Source: Armatimonadota bacterium (GTDB taxonomy: Bacteria > Armatimonadota > Hebobacteria > CAIYQO01). From it: DNA of 26,886 nucleotides. Positions 18,232 to 26,886 of the stretch are shown here, piece by piece (the stretch's first letter is position 1; each line of letters opens with the position of its first letter). The DNA is taken from positions 1 through 26,886 of the forward strand of contig JBBRXO010000025.1 in assembly GCA_038248345.1 (NCBI GenBank). The letters run 5' to 3'. The notes beneath the pieces are model-generated. The model was not told where the DNA came from, did no database searches, and saw nothing but the letters and a program-made list of their open reading frames with translations. The translations under genes and the position numbers were made by a program.

Positions 18232-19776
18232 ATGCCAACCATAACCATAGATAATAAACCGGTAACCGTCGCTGACGGCACTACCATCCTTGACGCGGCC
18301 ACGCAACTGGGGATTGCTATCCCCACGCTGTGCTACCTGCGTGGCGTCTGCTCGCCCACCTCGTGCCTGGCGTGCGTGGTGAAGGTGAATGGGCGTGCGC
18401 GGCTGGTGCCCGCTTGCGCCACCGCAGTTGCCGAGGGCATGGTGGTGGAGAGTAGCAGCGAGGAAGTGCAGAAGTCGCGCCGGATGGCACTAGAGCTGCT
18501 GCTCAGCGATCACCTGGGCGACTGCGTGGGGCCGTGCCAGAGCATCTGCCCTGCCCACATGGATATCCCCACCATGATCCGCCAGATAAACGCCGGCGAC
18601 CTGCGCGGCGCGGTGGTCACGGTGAAGGAGCGCATCCCCTTCCCCGCCACGCTGGGGCGCATCTGCCCGGAGATCTGCGAGAAGGGCTGCCGCCGGGTGC
18701 AGCAGGACAGCGCCGTCTCCATCTGCAAGCTGAAGCGCTTCGTCGGCGATACTGACCTAGCCACCGGCAAACCGTACCAACCCGCCTGCCGCCCGGCCAC
18801 GGGCAAGAAGGTGGCAGTTATCGGCGCTGGCCCGGCGGGGCCGTCCGCCGCCTATTATCTGCTGCGTCAGGGGCACGCGGTGGCGGTGATCGATGCGCAC
18901 AAAGACGCGGGCGGCAACCTGCGCTACGGCGTGCCGGAGGCGAAGCTGCCCCGCACGGTGCTGGATGACGAGATCAAACTAATCGTGCAACTGGGCGCGC
19001 AGCTCCGCCTCGGTGAGACGGTGAGCAACCTGAAACAACTGACCGACGCCTTCGATGCTGTGCTGCTGGCTGCCGGGGAGTTGACGCCCGACGCCATCAA
19101 ATCCCTGGGGCTGAGCGGCGCGGGCAAGGGTGTGAAGGTGGACAAAGCCACACTACAGACGAGTATCCCCGGGGTCTTCGCCGCCGGCAGCGCGGTCACC
19201 TCCAGCCAGCACGCGGTGCGTGCGGTGGGGTCGGGCTACGCGGCGGCGCGCTCCATCGGCCTCTTCCTCACCGGCGCCTACGCGCTGGAGGACGACCGCC
19301 CCTTCACCGTACACATCGGCAAACTGCACGAGTGCGAAGTGGCGGAGTTTATGGTAGATATCAGCCCGGCGGCCCGCGTGGAACCGAAAGGCGACGGCTT
19401 CACCGCCGCCGAAGCGGTAGCCGAGGGTGAGCGCTGCATGAAATGCGACTGCCTGAAGGTGAAAGACTGCGCCTTCCGCCAGGTGTGCGCCGACTACGAC
19501 GCCGACACCGCCGCCTTCCGTGGCGAACGCCGCGAGTACCGCCGTGAGCTCACCCACCCGGAGGTCGTCTTTGAGCCCGGCAAGTGCATCGCCTGTGGCC
19601 GCTGCATGGCCATCACCGAACGCGCCAAAGAACCGCTAGGCCTCACCTTCATCGGCCGCGGCTTCACCGTGCGCACCGCAGTCCCCTTCAGCGAGTCCCT
19701 CCGCGCCGGCCTGACGAAAGTGGCGCTGGAATGCGCCGACGCCTGCCCTACGGCGGCGCTGGCACGAAAGAAGTGA
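18232..19776 (+). CDS. HydA/NuoG-N-terminal Fe-S domain with inserted GltD/NfnB-like FAD module (no NAD(P)H domain, no catalytic domain)
   Basis: IPTLC...SCLACVV...PAC [2Fe-2S]; SDHLGDC; PCQSICP...GRICPEICEKGC; VIGAGPAG; TSIPGVFAAG; RCMKCDC...C; KCIACGRC; CADACPTAAL. Confidence 0.88.
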   Translation: MPTITIDNKPVTVADGTTILDAATQLGIAIPTLCYLRGVCSPTSCLACVVKVNGRARLVPACATAVAEGMVVESSSEEVQKSRRMALELLLSDHLGDCVGPCQSICPAHMDIPTMIRQINAGDLRGAVVTVKERIPFPATLGRICPEICEKGCRRVQQDSAVSICKLKRFVGDTDLATGKPYQPACRPATGKKVAVIGAGPAGPSAAYYLLRQGHAVAVIDAHKDAGGNLRYGVPEAKLPRTVLDDEIKLIVQLGAQLRLGETVSNLKQLTDAFDAVLLAAGELTPDAIKSLGLSGAGKGVKVDKATLQTSIPGVFAAGSAVTSSQHAVRAVGSGYAAARSIGLFLTGAYALEDDRPFTVHIGKLHECEVAEFMVDISPAARVEPKGDGFTAAEAVAEGERCMKCDCLKVKDCAFRQVCADYDADTAAFRGERREYRRELTHPEVVFEPGKCIACGRCMAITERAKEPLGLTFIGRGFTVRTAVPFSESLRAGLTKVALECADACPTAALARKK

Positions 19777-20916
19777 TCATTTACGTTTAAAGATTGCCTT
19801 AAATAGATTGCCATCCTTGTCATCGACAAACTCAAGCGAAAGAAATGCCTCAAGCGCTCGTATAATCCCAGAGCCATACTCACGATAAGGCAATATCTGA
19901 TTGGCGAAGGACGCCAATATTGGATTACGAGCGTTGGAGTTGCCCGCTTTGATGTTATCAATCGTTAAGTTATTGGGCAAGTGTCCGGGGCTGATAATTT
20001 CCACACGGTCTTCAAAGATAAATACACGAATGGGAGCTGAGATGAAATAGTCCCTATGCACCAGGGCATTAGCGACAATTTCTTCCAGCGCTATCCGGGG
20101 AATTTCCGGTTTCCCTACACTATTTACCGTCTGGTCTCCCTGTACATGATTTATATTCGCATTAATGAAGCTGATCGTCTGCTGAAAGATATCAGCGATT
20201 TTCCCGGTAATATCCCGGTTATCTAGGTATACATCTGTAGCGATACTACGACCGGGGAAACAGACAGCTTTCACAATAAACATATGCAAGCGTAATGATG
20301 GTTGCCGGGCGAATAAAAGAGCGCCAGTAACATTCAATACGCCATCACGGCCTAAATTCATGTTTTCAATTATCTGCTCTAATGGCAATTGTTGCTCATC
20401 GAGAGATTCACTATATCTCTGCTGAAAATAGCCACGAAAATAATCCATATCAAGGTCAGCGATGGTCAGCCCGTTTGCTGGATATTCATCCCCATGTACC
20501 AGACCGGACGCTTGGAAAAGCCGCTGAATCTCCTCACGAGAAGTAGCCTTTCTTTTATCGGAGCCGCTCTTAACCCAAAACACGCCATTTTTGTCCTGGT
20601 AGGGCTTATTTATGCCAGCGGTAACGCTGATAACCAGTACAATGCCATGATCAGTAGCGACATTCTCCGTGATGGGATTGATCGGTGGCTGTACCTGCTG
20701 GCTAGATATCAGTTGATTCAACCTGCGCACATCATCAGTTGCCAAACCAGAGATATTGCCCTCGTCGGTAACGCCAATAAAAATCTGCCCGCCACTACCA
20801 TTACTAAAAGCCACCATATCGGCGCATAAGGAATCGGCATTAGTGACATCCTTCTTGAATTGATGCTCACTGTCCTCACCCAGCGCCAAAATGGTGAGAA
20901 GTTCTATGGTCTCCAT
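19777..20916 (-). CDS. Schlafen/AlbA_2 domain + RecG-C-like ATP-binding protein
   Basis: LGEDSEHQFK, VAFSNGSGGQIFIGV, EIVANALVHRDY, DRVEIISPG, RNPILAS; start overlaps the upstream stop by 13 nt. Confidence 0.88.
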   Translation of the reverse strand: METIELLTILALGEDSEHQFKKDVTNADSLCADMVAFSNGSGGQIFIGVTDEGNISGLATDDVRRLNQLISSQQVQPPINPITENVATDHGIVLVISVTAGINKPYQDKNGVFWVKSGSDKRKATSREEIQRLFQASGLVHGDEYPANGLTIADLDMDYFRGYFQQRYSESLDEQQLPLEQIIENMNLGRDGVLNVTGALLFARQPSLRLHMFIVKAVCFPGRSIATDVYLDNRDITGKIADIFQQTISFINANINHVQGDQTVNSVGKPEIPRIALEEIVANALVHRDYFISAPIRVFIFEDRVEIISPGHLPNNLTIDNIKAGNSNARNPILASFANQILPYREYGSGIIRALEAFLSLEFVDDKDGNLFKAIFKRK

Positions 20917-22729
20917 ATGCTATAAATCTCCTTGCGACGCTTGAAAGCGTCATCGCCACCTTCCATGATGTCAATAATGGTCTGTTGTTGATTCTTATCG
21001 TCTATACCACCACTTTGCACTGATATTTTATCATCCATATCGGTACATGCGTGAATTTGCTCCGCATCGCCCAGCACCGGAATATTCGGATTATGAGTCG
21101 CGAATATGAATTGTACATCAGGTTTCATCTCGCGTACCAGCTTGATTACATCTTCATAAATAGTCTGGTTGTCCAGATCATCTTCGGGCTGGTCAATAAT
21201 AATCACGTCATTATTGCGCTGGCTGAGTATAAACAGAATCAATGCCGATGCCCGCTGGCCTAGCGAGTGATGCTGTAGCTCTTTGCCACGATACGATAAG
21301 GTAAATAAATTCGGTGTCTGGTATGTCAGTAGCGCTTTCAAATTATTATTGTTACTGGATGAATATCCGGGGAAGTTGCGAAGGTCATCTTCATGTTTCG
21401 ATAAAAACTCGGATAGATCAGCTACAAAATCATCTACCAAGCCAATGCCTTTATTCATGGTTCGGTTATCGTTATCAAAACTTAGGCGTTTAGCTAGCTT
21501 CTCCTCTATGTCGTGATCTCGATATATTTTTAACCGATGTTCCGAATTCAGCTTAATATCGGTTTATGCAGCACCGTCTCACGAATAGAAACACCTGGCT
21601 GTAATATATCGGCAATATATACGGCAGAACTAATATCTCCCAAAATCCGTCGTATCTCATAAGGTTGACGATTACGATCTCGCGCCTTTATAACAACCTT
21701 GCCGCCACTGCCCATGGTGTAGCGGACTAGTTCCTGCTTGTATTTTTGATCGATAGACTTTTCGCCAAAAGGTATCTCCAATACGTAGCGCAACACTTCC
21801 AGTATCGATGACTTTCCGCTCCCGCGAATTCCAATCAAGGTATTCAACTCAGGAGAAAAACGGACTGTTTCGCCATCCAAGGTTCCACCTTCAAAGCTGA
21901 TACTTTCGATGTTTGAGTGCTTAGTTGCCGGCACACCCTTAGTAACACGATTTGCATAGTCAGTTAAAGCAAATTTCACCGCTTCAAAGGTAAAAGCACC
22001 GACTTTCAAGTAGCGCTCCTCACCCTTCCCTATCCCTTCAATAGACTTAGGATCAGAGCCTTCAACCTCTGCCGGGTACCAATCTCCTAACCATTTTTTC
22101 ACCTGGGTACGTCTATAGTCCGAACGAACCTTCTGGAAGCCTAGTGTTCGCTCTCGCACGGTAGCATAACTCGCATTCTTCCAGTCACCTAGCTTTCCGC
22201 CATGGGTCTCTTCCCATAACCCTTTGCTATCTTCGACATGGGCAAACACCATGAAGTAATCACGGCCATCACGGCAGATCTTATCAGCTTCTTCGACCAA
22301 CTTCAGAATATTACAGTCTGTTCGTCCATTGCTATTTTGGAATTGTTGCAGGGTATCTGGGCATATTTTCGTTAAAAATATACTAATATAATCGCTATCA
22401 TTTTTCAGCCATTGCTCGCTAAACACGAGCAATATGTGAATCCCATTAGCGCCATCATTAACAGATAGTTCAACGCCGGGGAGCAGGTAGATGTCTTTAT
22501 TCTTTGCCGTTTTATGCAATGCGACGAATTCATCTTTGTCAAACTTATTGTGGTTGGTAATCACCCCAATGCGAATATTAGCCTTTACCAGAGCATCAAC
22601 ATACGCGCTGGTGTAATAATTCACATCTCCGGGGTAGGAAAACTCTTTATCTACCTTCGTATGCAGGTGAAAATCTGCGCGAAGCCAGGAAGCGCCATAT
22701 TGAAATATATCCAGATGATTAGCATTCAT
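20904..22729 (-). pseudogene. PHP-domain + ABC/AAA-like ATPase (TrlF/Ppl-like), frameshifted and internally deleted
   Basis: 5' ORF 22729-21548 has PHP motifs (DFHLHT, ITNHN, GVE, AHVE, GSD) and Walker A GIRGSGKS; 3' ORF 21458-20904 has signature SLGQR, Walker B IIIIDQPEDDLD and H-loop ATHNPN in a different frame. Confidence 0.82.
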
Positions 22730-22842
22730 ATGTAAAGAGTATTCTATACATCTAGTGATAGTTCCTACAAAGTATGATCTTCACATTTACCTGTTAAGCG
22801 AAATTTATATCAGGAAGCCACCAATGCGGCAAATACAAACAA

Positions 22843-22873
22843 CCCGCCCCGGACTTGTTCAGTCCGGGGCGGG
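22843..22873 (-). terminator. Intrinsic terminator after rplA
   Basis: Perfect 13-bp stem CCCGCCCCGGACT/AGTCCGGGGCGGG, followed on the minus strand by TTGTTTGTATTT. Confidence 0.85.
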
Positions 22874-22901
22874 GGTGTTATTGTCTATTTACCGTCAGTT
22901 G

Positions 22902-23609
22902 TTAGGACTTCAGCCCGGCGGAGGTCAGGGCGGCGGCGGCTTCAATGCGTACCGATGGCCCCATGGTGGAGCTGATGCTGATCTTTTTGAAGTAGTGTCC
23001 CTTGGCCGATGCCGGCTTGGCTCTGGATAGGGCGGTGACCAGTGCGATGAAATTCTCTACCAGCTGCTCTTCGGTGTAGCTGACTTTGCCAATGGCGACG
23101 TGAATGTTGGCGGCTTTGTCGACGCGGAAGCCGGCTTTGCCACCTTTCAGGTCTTTCACTGTCTGGGCAATATCATCGGTAACTGTTCCGGCTTTCGGGT
23201 TTGGCATTTTGGGGCCGAGTTTGCGGCCTAATTTGCCCACAATACCCATCATATCGCGCGTGGCGACGAGGATATCGAACTCTTTCCATCCGCCGTCGAT
23301 CTGGGCGACTAAATCTTCAGCACCTACTACGTCAGCGCCAGCGGCGGTAGCAGCTTCGGCATTTTCACCACGGGCAAATACCACCACGCGGGGGGACTTG
23401 CCGGTGCCATGGGGAAGGACTACGCTGCCGCGCACCATCTGGTCGCTCTGCCGCGGGTCTACACCCAGGCGGATAGCCACATCAACGGTCTCGTTGAATT
23501 TTGCAGCAGCTGCAGTCTTTACAGCAGCCATCGCCTGCAACGGAGTCGTCACGACATCCGCGGAGATTTTCTTTTGCGCTTCATCAAAGCGCTTGCTATG
23601 CTTTGCCAT
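22902..23609 (-). CDS. rplA: 50S ribosomal protein L1
   Basis: KFNETVDVAIRLGVDPR, VRGSVVLPHGTGK, MPNPKAGTV, SSTMGP; GGAGG RBS. Confidence 0.98.
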   Translation of the reverse strand: MAKHSKRFDEAQKKISADVVTTPLQAMAAVKTAAAAKFNETVDVAIRLGVDPRQSDQMVRGSVVLPHGTGKSPRVVVFARGENAEAATAAGADVVGAEDLVAQIDGGWKEFDILVATRDMMGIVGKLGRKLGPKMPNPKAGTVTDDIAQTVKDLKGGKAGFRVDKAANIHVAIGKVSYTEEQLVENFIALVTALSRAKPASAKGHYFKKISISSTMGPSVRIEAAAALTSAGLKS

Positions 23610-23620
23610 CATTACCTCCC

Positions 23621-23649
23621 GTGGTTAATCGAGGACTAGCCCCTCCCAC
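23621..23649 (-). promoter_or_regulatory. L1-binding mRNA leader (autogenous control site) upstream of rplA
   Basis: Minus strand GTGGGAGGGGCTAGTCCTCGATTAACCAC: GTGG/CCAC outer stem, GGAG asymmetric loop and inner stem, directly before the RBS. Confidence 0.7.
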
Positions 23650-23671
23650 AGTATATATATCGGGTAGTGGA

Positions 23672-24097
23672 TTAATCTACTACCACACAACCCATACTTC
23701 GTGCCTGACCTTCGATGATCTTCATTGCAGCATCGATATCGTTGGCGTTGAGATCCACCAGTTTCTGCTCGGCGACCTGGCGTATGTGTGCGCGGGTGAC
23801 CTGCAGCGGCTTATCCTTGCTGGGGGCAGAATTACCTTTGGGTAATCCGGCGGCCTTGAGGAGCAACTCCGAAGCGGGCGGGGTTTTCAGGATGAAAGTA
23901 AAGGTACGATCTTCAAAGATCGATACTTCTACCGGGATGGTGCTTCCAGCCATGGGCAACGTTTGGGCGTTGTAGGCTTTGATGAATTCCATCATATTGA
24001 TGCCGTGTGGCGCCAGTGCCGGGCCCACCGGGGGTGCCGGTGTAGCTTTACCAGCCGGCAACTGCAGCTTGACCTTGGCGGTCATTTTCTTTGCCAT
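23672..24097 (-). CDS. rplK: 50S ribosomal protein L11
   Basis: [28 protein letters not shown]. Confidence 0.98.
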   Translation of the reverse strand: MAKKMTAKVKLQLPAGKATPAPPVGPALAPHGINMMEFIKAYNAQTLPMAGSTIPVEVSIFEDRTFTFILKTPPASELLLKAAGLPKGNSAPSKDKPLQVTRAHIRQVAEQKLVDLNANDIDAAMKIIEGQARSMGCVVVD

Positions 24098-24152
24098 TGT
24101 CTATCCTCCAACGGGAATGACCGGAGTCATCTCCCTCCCCCTAATACGGGCA

Positions 24153-24674
24153 TTACACCTTTTCGATGTCGCCAAAACCCAGGGTCACGGGGGTATCGCG
24201 ACCAAACAGGGTGATTAATACGCGTAATTGTTCGCGCGGCACCATGACTTCTTCGATGGTACCCTGAAAGTCTGCAAAGGGGCCGGTGATGACGCGGATA
24301 ACCTGTCCGGCCTCCCAGGCCACTTTGACAGGTTGCTCGGGTGCCTCGAACTGCTCCAAAATCGTATTGATTTCGTGCGGTTGCAACGGCACCGGCATTT
24401 TGTCCGGTCCCACAAACCCGGTCACACCGGGAGTGTTGCGGATAAGATAGCGTGTCTCATCATCAAGGTCCATCTCTAAAAAGATGTACCCCGGATAAAC
24501 TTTGCGCTTCCGCATCTGCTTTATTCCGCCACGTACGCCGACCATTTCTTCTTCAGTCAATACCAGGATGCGGTGCAATTTGTGGCTGATGCCTTGCGCA
24601 ACTGCACGTCGCTCGATACTGGTTTTAACCTTATTTTCATGCCCGGTGAAGGTGTGGATAACATACCATGCCAT
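24153..24674 (-). CDS. nusG: Transcription termination/antitermination factor NusG
   Basis: WYVIHTFTGHENKV, YPGYI, TPGVTGFVG, KOW GPFADF, LFGRDTPV. Confidence 0.97.
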   Translation of the reverse strand: MAWYVIHTFTGHENKVKTSIERRAVAQGISHKLHRILVLTEEEMVGVRGGIKQMRKRKVYPGYIFLEMDLDDETRYLIRNTPGVTGFVGPDKMPVPLQPHEINTILEQFEAPEQPVKVAWEAGQVIRVITGPFADFQGTIEEVMVPREQLRVLITLFGRDTPVTLGFGDIEKV

Positions 24675-24699
24675 GGTTGTCTTTTCCTGTCAGGTGAGG

Positions 24700-24978
24700 T
24701 TATTTACCCACCACTGGTTTAGGAGCGATGCCGATAATCTGTGCGAGCTGATACGCGACTTTGTCTGCTAACCAAAGAAATATAGCCACTGCGACAATTG
24801 TCACAATAACGATCATCACGGATTTGATGAGTTCATTGCGTGTTGGCCAGTTGGTCTTCTTCAGCTCATACCATATTTCGGAAAGGTAATGTACGACGGG
24901 ATTAGGGCCAGGTGTAGCAGATTTTACAATCGCCTGCTCCGCTGTCGTATTCACGGCATCGTCATTTATATCAGCCAT
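24700..24978 (-). CDS. secE: Preprotein translocase subunit SecE (single TM)
   Basis: ELKKTNWPTRNEL plus one TM helix; canonical position. Confidence 0.95.
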   Translation of the reverse strand: MADINDDAVNTTAEQAIVKSATPGPNPVVHYLSEIWYELKKTNWPTRNELIKSVMIVIVTIVAVAIFLWLADKVAYQLAQIIGIAPKPVVGK

Positions 24979-25023
24979 ACTGTTTGACCCTCATAATAAA
25001 ATGGGATATCACTGGACGTCAGG

Positions 25024-25215
25024 CTATTTGCCAGCCTTTGCCTCAATGCCCGTCTCCCGGTGATCGATGTGTTTCTTGCATTGCGGACAATACTTCTTCA
25101 TCACCAATCGTTCCGGATTGTTTTTTTTGTTCTTATAACTGGTGTAGTTCCGGCTTTTGCATTCTGTGCAGGCTAGCCAGAATCCGCGGTCCTTTATTCG
25201 AGACAGTCTTGCCAC
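25024..25215 (-). CDS. rpmG: 50S ribosomal protein L33 (Zn-binding C+ type)
   Basis: [11 protein letters not shown]...[13 protein letters not shown] start with GGAGGGG RBS. Confidence 0.95.
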   Translation of the reverse strand: MARLSRIKDRGFWLACTECKSRNYTSYKNKKNNPERLVMKKYCPQCKKHIDHRETGIEAKAGK

Positions 25216-25231
25216 GGGTTCACCCCTCCGT

Positions 25232-25277
25232 AAAAAACGACAGGGAAAGGAGGCTGAGTCGCCTCGCCTTCCCTGTC
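25232..25277 (-). terminator. Intrinsic terminator-like hairpin after tuf
   Basis: GACAGGGAA...TTCCCTGTC stem with inner GAGGC/GCCTC, followed on the minus strand by GTTTTTT. Confidence 0.7.
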
Positions 25278-25296
25278 CACGAGCGTTTCGATACGC

Positions 25297-26514
25297 CTAT
25301 TCGATGATTTTGACTACGACGCCGGCGCCTACGGTTCGGCCACCTTCGCGAATTGCGAAGCGGAGGCCTTCTTCCATAGCGATCGGCTGGATCAGCTCGA
25401 CGTCAACGTAAACGTTGTCGCCCGGCATTACCATTTCGATGCCTTCAGGCAAGGTAACCACACCCGTTACGTCGGTGGTGCGGAAGTAGAACTGCGGGCG
25501 ATATCCTTTAAAGAAAGGAGTATGGCGTCCGCCTTCTTCCTTGGCCAGAATGAGCACTTGGGCGGTGAAGCGGGTATGCGGCTTGATGGAGCCGGGAACC
25601 ACGATCACTTGACCACGCTCAATATCTTTGCGCTCAATACCGCGGAGCAGCAGGCCAACATTGTCGCCAGCTTCAGCGCGATCCAAGCTTTTCTTAAACA
25701 TTTCGATGTCGGTTACAACCGTCTTGCGCGGGGTATCATGCAAGCCGACGATTTCTACGTCCATACCACGGGTGAGGATACCGCGTTCCACACGACCGGT
25801 CGGCACGGTGCCGCGGCCAGAGATGGTGAAGACGTCTTCAACAGACATCAGGAACGGCAGCTCAGTCATACGGACAGGAGTTGGGATATATTCGTCAACG
25901 GCATCCATCAGCTCCATAATAGAAGCGTAGTCTGGATGATTGATGTCCTTCTCGCCCTTGAGGAAGGTCTCGTTAGCCAGCAACGCAGAACCCTTGATGA
26001 TGGGGATATCGTCGCCGGGGAATTCGTAGGAGGAAAGCAGCTCACGCAGCTCCATCTCTACTAATTCGATCAATTCCGGGTCGTCAACCTGGTCAGTCTT
26101 GTTCATGTAGACAACCATGGAAGGCACGTTCACCTGACGAGCGAGCAGGATGTGCTCACGGGTCTGTGGCATGGGGCCGTCAGCGGCGGATACTACCAGG
26201 ATAGCTCCGTCCATCTGCGCCGCGCCGGTGATCATGTTTTTGATATAGTCGGCGTGTCCCGGGCAGTCAACGTGAGCATAGTGACGTTTAGACGTCTCAT
26301 ACTCAACGTGTGCGGTATTAATGGTAATACCGCGCTGCTTCTCTTCCGGTGCCGAGTCAATCTGATCATAGCCCTTTACGGTGGCGTTCGATCCCTCGCG
26401 AAGGCTCAATACCATCGTAATGGCGGCCGTCAAAGTAGTCTTGCCGTGATCAACGTGACCGATCGTACCGATGTTCACGTGCGGCTTAGTGCGCTCAAAT
26501 TTCTGCTTGCCCAT
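25297..26514 (-). CDS. tuf: Elongation factor Tu
   Basis: [36 protein letters not shown]. Confidence 0.99.
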   Translation of the reverse strand: MGKQKFERTKPHVNIGTIGHVDHGKTTLTAAITMVLSLREGSNATVKGYDQIDSAPEEKQRGITINTAHVEYETSKRHYAHVDCPGHADYIKNMITGAAQMDGAILVVSAADGPMPQTREHILLARQVNVPSMVVYMNKTDQVDDPELIELVEMELRELLSSYEFPGDDIPIIKGSALLANETFLKGEKDINHPDYASIMELMDAVDEYIPTPVRMTELPFLMSVEDVFTISGRGTVPTGRVERGILTRGMDVEIVGLHDTPRKTVVTDIEMFKKSLDRAEAGDNVGLLLRGIERKDIERGQVIVVPGSIKPHTRFTAQVLILAKEEGGRHTPFFKGYRPQFYFRTTDVTGVVTLPEGIEMVMPGDNVYVDVELIQPIAMEEGLRFAIREGGRTVGAGVVVKIIE

Positions 26515-26588
26515 CGCTGGCTCCCTTACATAACATGATTAAGTTTGAAAGACGGCGAAGGCATTACCTTCTCCGTACCTACTATCTA

Positions 26589-26664
<76 letters not shown>

Positions 26665-26707
26665 TGATAGAAACGATGCTCATTTCGGCTATGTTCGGTG
26701 AACAGTA

Positions 26708-26793
26708 TGGTGCCGGGGGAAGGAATTGAACCTCCGTAGGCATAAGCCGGCAGATTTACAGTCTGCTCCGATTGACCACTCCGGCACCCCGGC
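26708..26793 (-). tRNA. tRNA-Tyr(GTA)
   Basis: 86-nt cloverleaf with long variable arm; anticodon arm GCAGA-CTGTAAA-TCTGC; encoded CCA. Confidence 0.96.
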
Positions 26794-26846
26794 ATACTGT
26801 TACAAACAAGTGACCGGAGGCGACTGCCGTCCGGTCAATGAAAAAT

Positions 26847-26875
26847 AATATACGCAACCCCAGGCAAAATGTCAA
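26847..26875 (-). promoter_or_regulatory. sigma70 promoter of the tRNA-tuf operon
   Basis: Minus strand TTGACA, 17 nt, TATATT. Confidence 0.8.
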
Positions 26876-26886
26876 GAGGCGCGGTC

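Noticed and set aside
15808..19776. Calling these genes nuoEFG, a hydrogenase or glutamate synthase gltD
   Set aside because: No other nuo genes, no H-cluster motifs, no gltB, and the GltD module lacks its NADPH domain.
21459..21560. Programmed frameshift joining the two PHP-ATPase ORFs
   Set aside because: No slippery run at the junction, and the joined product would still seem to lack the Q-loop and most of the coiled coil; deletion fits better.

Overview
Bacterial chromosomal window with a moderately GC-rich core; the lineage cannot be fixed from the sequence alone. Left to right: the 3' end of an MFS transporter; a gingipain-like C25 peptidase; an internally deleted Schlafen/AlbA_2-type ATP-binding gene bracketed by two copies of one sigma70-type promoter; a stand-alone trpB with an overlapping two-TM membrane gene; and a REPIN-like inverted repeat. 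A minus-strand operon follows (ferredoxin-like protein, B12/radical SAM enzyme resembling the archaeal GDGT ring-synthase family, tandem GNAT). Divergent from it is a 10.6 kb eight-gene redox operon: two membrane-anchored PQQ-like beta-propellers, an NHL propeller, a tiny Cys protein, a Tat-exported polyferredoxin, a NapH/MauN-like membrane Fe-S protein, a NuoE-NuoF/HydC-HydB fusion with electron-bifurcation signatures, and a HydA/NuoG-N/GltD hybrid with no NAD(P)H domain and no catalytic domain. The window ends with an AT-rich decaying defence-like islet (broken PHP-ATPase plus AlbA_2 protein) and the core cluster tRNA-Tyr, tRNA-Thr, tuf, rpmG, secE, nusG, rplK, rplA, without rplJL downstream. 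The best candidate for an undescribed system is the redox operon together with its divergent radical SAM operon. All family calls rest on motifs read by eye and recalled family knowledge; no searches were run.
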